Of a DNA stretch of 64,000 bases, positions 57,285-64,000 are shown one piece after another. Position numbers and translations under genes: made by a program. A model generated the notes under the pieces. That model ran no database searches. It saw only the letters and a program-made list of their open reading frames with translations, and was not told the origin of the DNA. The stretch comes from a virus. Location of the stretch: positions 41,905-105,904 of IMG/VR virus record IMGVR_UViG_3300017731_002846; one strand, written 5' to 3'. Each line of letters opens with the position of its first letter. Positions within the stretch are counted from its first letter, which is position 1.

Positions 57285-58584
57285 TTTTTGTTTTAGACTC
57301 TAATTCAAACTTCATATCCCAATCAACCTCACCGTTTTCATTTAACCATTCGGGGCTATCTCCTTCTTCTTCTTCGGAAAAATAAACAAAGAAACCTAAG
57401 ACACATATGATAACAAAAGCTATTGAGCAAAAAATCCATGCTAAATTTTTAAGAAAGAAATCTTTTATTACAGGCCTAGGTTTAGGTGTGGGTTCAGGGT
57501 CGGGAGTAGGCTTGGGAGTCGGCTGGGGCGTAGGTGTGGGCTTAGGTTTGGGATCGGGCTTAGGTTTGGGATCGGGCTTAGGTTTGGGATCGGGCTTAGG
57601 TTTGGGATCGGGCTTAGGTTCGGGATCGGGCTTAGGTTTGGGATCGGGCTTAGGTGTGGGTTTAGGTTTGGGCTCGGGTTTTTTAGGATCAGGGGTGCCA
57701 GTAATCATGCCGTCCGCATCAACTATTCCATAACCAAAAGACCAGTCCTTGCCTTCGGGTCCCGCGTCGTCGGCATGAGTTTTTAATAAATCCCTGATTT
57801 CAGATACGGTATAACTCTTACCTTCTGATTTTAACTTTGACATTAACAAGGCAACGACTCCGGCTACAAACGGACAAGCCATGGATGTCCCGCTTAATTT
57901 AGAATAAGATTGATTAGTATATGTACTTAGTATATTAACTCCTGGCGCAGCTATTTCGACTTGATGGCCCCTTGAGGAGAAGTATGCTATTTTTTTACTT
58001 TTACTAAAAGCCCCAACAGCTATACACTCCTGAAATGCAGCCGGGTAATTAACGCCAGCTATCCCAGAATTACCAGCGGCACATATAACTGCTATATTGG
58101 CATCGTAGGCTCTTTTTACAGCTAAAGATATAGATTCTTTTGGGCTTGAAGAACCTAAAGACATACTAATGATATCAACTTTTGAGTCAATACAATAGTT
58201 AATTGCGGATGCTACGGAGCTTGAACTGCCTGAGCCGGAGTTACTTAACCCTTTGACGCAAAGACACTTAGAGTCTGGAGCAACCCCAACCATTCCTTCG
58301 GAATTATTTTTAGCTGAAATGATTCCAACACAATGTGTTTGGTGCCCATGCTTATCTTCGATTGTTTCTCCATCTATGAAGCTTTTACCCTCAATAGCAT
58401 TATCTCCAATATCTTTATGGTTTGGCATTCCGGTATCTATAACACCTATGGTGATACCTTTTCCAGTTGTAGTCTCCCATATTTTAGGAATATTTAATTG
58501 ACTTAAGCCCCAGTCCGTTGTTTGAGAAAAAGTAGATAATACCTTTTCTACCTTGATGGGCGGGAGTTTGAATTCATCACTCAT
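57271..58584 (-). CDS. Subtilisin-like S8 peptidase with Pro-rich stalk and C-terminal TM
   Basis: VIDTG, HQTH, AAGNSG, GTSMACP catalytic motifs; (PKPKPD)n; TM near C-terminus. Confidence 0.93.
57538..57654. repeat. 18-bp tandem repeat x6 encoding DPKPKP
   Basis: gggcttaggtttgggatc units, one carrying a single change. Confidence 0.95.
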
Positions 58585-58602
58585 ATATTATATAATAATA
58601 AT

Positions 58603-61059
58603 TTATTGGCAACTTTCACATGTTCCGCCATTTTGCATAGCCTCTAAACTGCAGGCAGATGGATCATTTTCTTTTGAACCTTCATTGTTGTCACTAGATG
58701 TTGACTTCTCGATTTTACTTGCAGCCCTGTTTCTTAAATAATATGTAGTTTTTAAACCAGATTCCCAGCACGACATATATATGTCGTTTAAATACTTTAA
58801 AGATGTAGATTTATTATACAAGTTAAAGCTAACTGCTTGATCTATCCATTTTTGACGAACCGCATTAACCTCGATAAGCTTAAACATATCACGGTCAAAT
58901 GCCGTTTTGTACTTATTTATAATTTCTTCTGGTATAGAGCCATTTAAAAGGGAAAGATCCCCGTCTGAGTCTTTAACTATAGAGGCCATCTCGGCGCTCC
59001 ATAAACCTGCGGACTTCATATCATCAACAAAGTGAGGATTTGTAATATAAAAGTTGCCGCTTTTATTTTCGTAAACAAAAAGAACAGAGAAGTTCGGTTC
59101 GATGCTTTGCTCAACACCATTAATATATCCAATAGTAGCTGTAGGGGCGATAGCCATAACATTACTATTACGCATTCCGTGTTTAGCAATATGAGACCTT
59201 AGGGATTTCCAGTCATTTTTAAAACTTTCTCCCCTACCTAAGAATGGGCTCTTTTTATACTCAGATAAAACACTGTAAGAGTCAATTGGCAAAATGTTTT
59301 GACTCCATAAAGAGCCTTCATATGTCTTGTACCTACCTTTTTCTTTTGCAAGTTTACTACTGGCTGAAATCGCATGATAGGAATAAAACTCAAATAAATC
59401 ATCATTTAATTTTATAGCTTCGTCGCTATCAATGTTAATGTTCATCTTATGGCATATGTCGTGCAAGGCCATCATACCTAGACCAATTGGTCGGTTCCTT
59501 AAGTTAGAATTACTAGCTTCTTCTGTTGGGTAAAAATTAATATCTATAACGTTGTCCAGCATCCTTACCGCAGTATTGATTGTGGATTGAAGTTTGTCAT
59601 AATCTATAGTGTTGTTTTCTTTTAGGTGGTTTAATAAATTAATAGAACCCAAATTACAAACAGCAGTTTCTCCAGTTTTAGTTTTCTTGCCTGAAGAATA
59701 TTCGGAGGCTTTTGTGTGCAATGTGATTTCAGTACAAAGGTTACTGCTATGAACCACCCCTTCATGTTGATTTGTGTATCGAATATTACAGGGGTCTTTA
59801 AATGTACACCATGGGTGAGATGTCTCAAATAATACCTTGAGCATTTTTTTCCATAATTCTTTAGCTGGAATTATTCTATAATTTTTAATTAATCCTTTTT
59901 CCGCTTGGTCGCAAAGTTCGTTGTATCGATTGTCGAATTCTTGCCCGAAAAGATCATGAAGAGTTGTGCCATCTTCGAGCGCTGTATCTTTAGGGTCAAA
60001 GTAATACCATGCATCTTCATTTTGAACTCTACGCATAAATTCATCAGGAATCCAGGATGCAGTATTCATATCGTGACAACGCAACCTGTCATCCCCTGTG
60101 TTTCTACGGAGATTAAGGAAATCCTCAAAGTCCAAGTGCCAGGGTTCAAGGTATGCGCAGCCTGCACCTGGACGCTTACCTCCTTGATTTACAGCCACAA
60201 GTAAATCGTTATAAATCTTTAACCAAGGAACAATTCCACTAGAAATACCATTAGTTCCCTCAATATGAGAACCTGTAGAGCGAAAAGGGGTAACATCAAG
60301 GCCAAGACCACCAGCGTACTTTGATTTACGAGCCTCCTGCCAAGCTCCGTCAAAAATTCCGTCAATACTATCATCGAAAGTATTAAGATAGCAGGAGCTA
60401 AGCTGAGAGTGAGTAGTTCCACTATTGAATAAAGTTGGTGTGGAGGATGTATAAAGAAGTTGACTTAATAAGTCGTAAAACTCGATAGCTTTAGCGTTCT
60501 TATCTGTTTCGTTGATAGCAAGACCCATAGAAACCCGCATCCAAAAAGACTGAGGTGTCTCCATGATTTTATTATCCTGCCTGATAAAGTAGCGGTCATA
60601 GAGTATTTGTACACCAAGATATTTTAAATTTTTATCCCTTCTAATCTTTAATGATTCTGATAGTTGAGATAAGTCGAATTCTAGCAACCTTTTATCTAGC
60701 CTGTTTTCTTTTACTAATTTTTTAGTATTTTGTATAAAGCTTTTACGGTATTGCAATTTAAATGTATCTGAGTCCACCCCCTCTTTGAAGACCTCTTTGT
60801 ATAGGCAGTTTAATAGTAGACCAGCAGCAGCGTAAGAGTAGTTTGGCTCTTTTTCTATTTTTTCTCTTGCCGAAAAGACCAAAGCTTGATCTATTTCTTT
60901 TGATGTTATCTTGTCAAATAACTGCAATTGAGCATCTAAAACTATCTCACTAGGGGAAACATCCTCTATACCTTCGCATGCTCTTTGCGCACTCGCATTT
61001 ATTTTATCTACTATAAAGTCTTCTAACCTTCCGTTTCTTTTTTTTATTTTTATATCCAT
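58603..61059 (-). CDS. nrdA: Ribonucleotide reductase alpha subunit with ATP cone
   Basis: KKRNG ATP cone, TPTLFN, SSCY, QGGKRPG, SNLCTEI, CNLGS, APTAT, KTTYYLR, C-terminal CESCQ. Confidence 0.97.
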   Translation of the reverse strand: MDIKIKKRNGRLEDFIVDKINASAQRACEGIEDVSPSEIVLDAQLQLFDKITSKEIDQALVFSAREKIEKEPNYSYAAAGLLLNCLYKEVFKEGVDSDTFKLQYRKSFIQNTKKLVKENRLDKRLLEFDLSQLSESLKIRRDKNLKYLGVQILYDRYFIRQDNKIMETPQSFWMRVSMGLAINETDKNAKAIEFYDLLSQLLYTSSTPTLFNSGTTHSQLSSCYLNTFDDSIDGIFDGAWQEARKSKYAGGLGLDVTPFRSTGSHIEGTNGISSGIVPWLKIYNDLLVAVNQGGKRPGAGCAYLEPWHLDFEDFLNLRRNTGDDRLRCHDMNTASWIPDEFMRRVQNEDAWYYFDPKDTALEDGTTLHDLFGQEFDNRYNELCDQAEKGLIKNYRIIPAKELWKKMLKVLFETSHPWCTFKDPCNIRYTNQHEGVVHSSNLCTEITLHTKASEYSSGKKTKTGETAVCNLGSINLLNHLKENNTIDYDKLQSTINTAVRMLDNVIDINFYPTEEASNSNLRNRPIGLGMMALHDICHKMNINIDSDEAIKLNDDLFEFYSYHAISASSKLAKEKGRYKTYEGSLWSQNILPIDSYSVLSEYKKSPFLGRGESFKNDWKSLRSHIAKHGMRNSNVMAIAPTATIGYINGVEQSIEPNFSVLFVYENKSGNFYITNPHFVDDMKSAGLWSAEMASIVKDSDGDLSLLNGSIPEEIINKYKTAFDRDMFKLIEVNAVRQKWIDQAVSFNLYNKSTSLKYLNDIYMSCWESGLKTTYYLRNRAASKIEKSTSSDNNEGSKENDPSACSLEAMQNGGTCESCQ

Positions 61060-61097
61060 GAGGTAGTTGTTTACACAATTGTAATTGTATATAATGA

Positions 61098-61137
61098 AAT
61101 ATCAACAATATTGATATTGTAAAAGCATTTTACAATA
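61098..61137. repeat. Two overlapping inverted repeats upstream of nrdA
   Basis: aatatcaa-N5-ttgatatt (61098-61118) and tattgtaaaa-N3-ttttacaata (61115-61137). Confidence 0.65.
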
Positions 61138-61183
61138 AAATACCGCGTATGGCAAGCAAAAAACTTGCTAAGTTATTAACAAT

Positions 61184-62014
61184 TTACTCTTTAACGGCAG
61201 ATTCGGACCTAGACCAGTCTAGATCGCTCCTGACATTAAGGTTAATATCCCATGCGGATTTTAAAAGCTTGGGGTCTAAACCATTTTTTTCAAATGTTTT
61301 AATTAATGCGTTAAGATCTTTAGGGAAGCATGTCCCTCCGAATCCTTTATCTCCATCATGGCCAGGAACTTGAAAATGAGATTGCCCTATTCTTTTATCG
61401 CTCATAACTCCATTAATTATCGAGTGCCAGTCTAGCCCGAGTTTATCAATCAAAATGTGAATTTCGTTAAAGAAACTAACTTTTGTAGCAAAAAAGCAAT
61501 TAGCTATATACTTTACAGACTCAGATTCGTCACTTTTCATTAGAACTGTCTGAATATTAGGAAAAGCTTTATTGAATAATTGAATAACTTTATTGCCAAC
61601 ACTCTTCTTTTTTGTATAACCAACAATATGTCGATCCGCATTTAAGAAGTCTTCTTTAGCAAATTTAGCGGTTAGGAATTCAGGGGAATGAACTATATTT
61701 AAGCTGGGATGCTTTGATTGAAGAGATTTAGTAGTCCCAATTGGCACTGTTGATTTAATAATAAAGATAGCTTTCGAGCCAATGGACTCAATCTCCTCAA
61801 AGCATGATTCGATAATAGATAGATTACAGTCAGCGCCCATTGCATCTCTCATGGGAGTTGGAACACTAATGAAAATAAAATCCTGAAGCAATGTTTCCTC
61901 TAATGTGTTTTGGGATATGTTTGGGTTTTTATCAAAAACCTTTACATTATAAGTATTGAATCCATTAGCTATAGCCGAGCCAACGAAGCCATTGCCAATA
62001 ACCCCTATTTTCAT
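61184..62014 (-). CDS. ugd: UDP-glucose/GDP-mannose dehydrogenase family (short form)
   Basis: GNGFVG, ISVPTP, KSTVP.GT, SPEFL, KY.AN.F.A.K..F.NE, GFGGTCFPKD. Confidence 0.92.
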   Translation of the reverse strand: MKIGVIGNGFVGSAIANGFNTYNVKVFDKNPNISQNTLEETLLQDFIFISVPTPMRDAMGADCNLSIIESCFEEIESIGSKAIFIIKSTVPIGTTKSLQSKHPSLNIVHSPEFLTAKFAKEDFLNADRHIVGYTKKKSVGNKVIQLFNKAFPNIQTVLMKSDESESVKYIANCFFATKVSFFNEIHILIDKLGLDWHSIINGVMSDKRIGQSHFQVPGHDGDKGFGGTCFPKDLNALIKTFEKNGLDPKLLKSAWDINLNVRSDLDWSRSESAVKE

Positions 62015-62922
62015 TATGGCCTGTTTTCTTCTATCCAATCTTCAAATTTTTGAATGGGGTTCCATTTAAGCATATTTTTAGCCTTATTGTTATCAGCCAA
62101 TGTCTCACGAGATTCTCCAGGCCTGGAATCGATATGAACATGATCTCCATCAACAAGTTTAACAATATCAAGAACTGAATGATTTGTGCCAGTACCGAGA
62201 TTAAACATTTCCCCGATAATTTCTTTGTTTTCTGATTCTCCAGCTAGGTACATAGCTTGGGCAATATCTTTAACATAAGTATAGTCTCTTGTTTGTAGAC
62301 CATCTCCTACCACCGTCATTGGTTTTCCAGCCTCCTTCTGCCTGAAGAATAACCCAACAACCGGAGCATAGTCTCCGGCTAAAGGTTGGCGTTCGCCGTA
62401 AACATTAAAGAAGCGAAATAAAACTGTTTCAACTCCAAAAAGTTTTGTATACATCTTGCACAATTCTTCGCAGTTAGCTTTACTAACCGAATAAGGATTT
62501 AAGCAATCATTGGGCATATCTTCTTTTAATGGAATAGGGTTTACTAAGCCATAACACGAAGAAGTGCCAGCAAACATAACCCTCTTGCATTTGTTTAGTC
62601 TAGCTGCCTGTAACACATTTACGGTTCCAAGGGAGTTATTTTTAACGGCATCAGATGGATCTTGTACACAAATTTGAATACGAGACCTTGCGGCTAAATG
62701 AAATACTAAATCCACACCTTTAAACAAGGGTTCTAATTTTTCAAAATCACAAATATCAACTTTATGATTTTCTGTATCATCTCTCCAGTTGAATTGGGTA
62801 TTTGCGGTAGAGGATTCATCATCAACAACTACGACATCATGACCAGCATTAATTAATATTTCAACAAGGTGGCTACCAATAAAACCAGCCCCTCCAGTAA
62901 CTAAACATTTCTTCTTAGACAT
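62014..62922 (-). CDS. NAD-dependent nucleotide-sugar epimerase/dehydratase
   Basis: TGGAGFIGS, HLAA, YSVSK, RFFNVYG, GDGLQTRDYTYV. Confidence 0.92.
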   Translation of the reverse strand: MSKKKCLVTGGAGFIGSHLVEILINAGHDVVVVDDESSTANTQFNWRDDTENHKVDICDFEKLEPLFKGVDLVFHLAARSRIQICVQDPSDAVKNNSLGTVNVLQAARLNKCKRVMFAGTSSCYGLVNPIPLKEDMPNDCLNPYSVSKANCEELCKMYTKLFGVETVLFRFFNVYGERQPLAGDYAPVVGLFFRQKEAGKPMTVVGDGLQTRDYTYVKDIAQAMYLAGESENKEIIGEMFNLGTGTNHSVLDIVKLVDGDHVHIDSRPGESRETLADNNKAKNMLKWNPIQKFEDWIEENRP

Positions 62923-62931
62923 AAGTAATTA

Positions 62932-63876
62932 TTACACGTTATTTTGATACCATTTATAAGTTTTTTTAAGACCTTCTTTTAGTGTATGTTTTTGTGAGTA
63001 CCCTAGGTTTTTGATTCTTGAGTTATCCATCTTTTTCCTGAATGTACCGTCAGGTTTGGATGGGTCAAATGTCACCTCACCTTCGTACCCTATGATTTGC
63101 TTGATATTCTCAAGTAGGTCCCTGATGGACACCTCGTCTTCAGATCCACAGTTTAAGTGAGATATACCGGAAGAATATATGGATTTAGCACTAATACTCT
63201 CTAAGCAAAAAACAATTGCATCAGCCAAATCATCAACATATAAAAATTCTCTTAAAGGATTACCACTACCCCAAACTTCAACAGAATTAGAATTAGATAG
63301 TTTCGCTGCATTTACTTTATTAATAAAAGCAGGCAAGACATGCGATGTTTGGAGGTCGAAATTATCTCCAGGGCCATATAGGTTGCAAGGCATTAATGAA
63401 TAAAAGTTAGATCCGTATTGTTGGTAAAAAGCTTCACACATTTTAAGAGCCGCTATCTTTGCGATTGCATATGGCTCGTTAGTATTCTCTAGGACACCGG
63501 TAAGCAGGTACTCTTCCTTGATTGGTATATCTGCGTCTTTTGGATATATACAAGAAGACCCTAAATTAATTAGTTTTTGAACACCACTAGAATGGCTCGC
63601 CTTTATAATGTTAGAAGATATTTGTATGTTGTCATATATAAAATCAGCCCTATATGTGTTATTAGCTAAAATACCGCCAACCTTTGCTGCGCACAAAATA
63701 ACATAATCAAATCTTTCCTGGGAAAATAGACTATCAACACTTTCTTGATTTGATAAATCTACCTGGTTTCTTGTTTTGGTGACAATATTATCGTAACCAG
63801 AAGATTGTAGTTTATTTACAACCGAGGATCCGACCATACCTCGATGACCAGCAACGAAGATCTTTGAGCTTTTCAC
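62932..63876 (-). CDS. fcl: GDP-L-fucose synthase
   Basis: GHRGMVGS, AAKVGGI.AN, LGSSCIYPK, YAIAK, NLYGPGDNF, WGSG.PLREFL, KPDGT.RK. Confidence 0.96.
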   Translation of the reverse strand: MKSSKIFVAGHRGMVGSSVVNKLQSSGYDNIVTKTRNQVDLSNQESVDSLFSQERFDYVILCAAKVGGILANNTYRADFIYDNIQISSNIIKASHSSGVQKLINLGSSCIYPKDADIPIKEEYLLTGVLENTNEPYAIAKIAALKMCEAFYQQYGSNFYSLMPCNLYGPGDNFDLQTSHVLPAFINKVNAAKLSNSNSVEVWGSGNPLREFLYVDDLADAIVFCLESISAKSIYSSGISHLNCGSEDEVSIRDLLENIKQIIGYEGEVTFDPSKPDGTFRKKMDNSRIKNLGYSQKHTLKEGLKKTYKWYQNNV

Positions 63877-64000
63877 TGAGATAAAATAGCGTAATCGTTT
63901 TCGTACATTTTTTTAACAAGACCATAAAAATCAGTCTTACGTGACCAGCCGATTTCTTTTTCAGCCAAACTGCAATCTCCGCAAAGCTCATGAACTTCAG
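63873..64000 (-). CDS. gmd: GDP-mannose 4,6-dehydratase, C-terminal end (partial)
   Basis: ...EVHELCGDCSLAEKEIGWSRKTDFYGLVKKMYEND...; GTGA-coupled to fcl. Confidence 0.8.
   Translation of the reverse strand, partial: EVHELCGDCSLAEKEIGWSRKTDFYGLVKKMYENDYAILSQ

Noticed and set aside
57538-57654. CRISPR array or collagen-like plus-strand ORF (57407..57733)
   Set aside because: Repeats are contiguous with no spacers and encode the PKPKPD stalk; the GLGLGS ORF is its antisense shadow.
888-63403. Most short plus-strand ORFs and nested minus-strand ORFs in the track
   Set aside because: They overlap confident genes antisense or out of frame and lack recognisable motifs; only 3150..3956 and 3956..4258 are accepted on the plus strand.

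Overview
AT-rich, gene-dense and almost entirely minus-strand window that reads as part of a large (jumbo-type) tailed phage genome. The host is most plausibly an aquatic PVC bacterium (Verrucomicrobia/Planctomycetes), inferred from a Tat-signalled DUF1501 gene, a TorF/Gcw_chp-type porin and a Chlamydia-like class Ic RNR. Main content: (1) a replication block with RecA/UvsX, DnaB, DnaG, a Cas4/RecB-like nuclease and a DnaE split into separate PHP, DEDDh exonuclease and polymerase-core genes; (2) tail fibre and virion genes; (3) NrdA/NrdB, dUTPase and a C5 DNA methyltransferase; (4) a full tmRNA (4489-4852, tag GNKSRIKAYSPKSEELALAA), a ClpC-like ATPase, a J-domain protein and a membrane-tethered subtilisin; (5) a ~20 kb glycan-tailoring array of about 16 glycosyltransferase-like genes (3 NodZ-like), 5-6 sulfotransferases and methyltransferases, plus GDP-fucose, GDP-mannose epimerase and UDP-glucose dehydrogenase genes and an APS kinase-HIGH fusion. 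Together these could build a sulfated, fucosylated glycan. Two promoter grammars are visible: sigma70-type TTGAC-N17-TAnnnT and a recurring GTGTA-N10-start motif, both spaced for leaderless transcripts. Features missed by the ORF track include the tmRNA, a 50-aa ORF, a GT32 deletion remnant and an in-frame TAA splitting a MORC/GHKL ATPase. All family calls come from motif recognition by eye, with no database searches.
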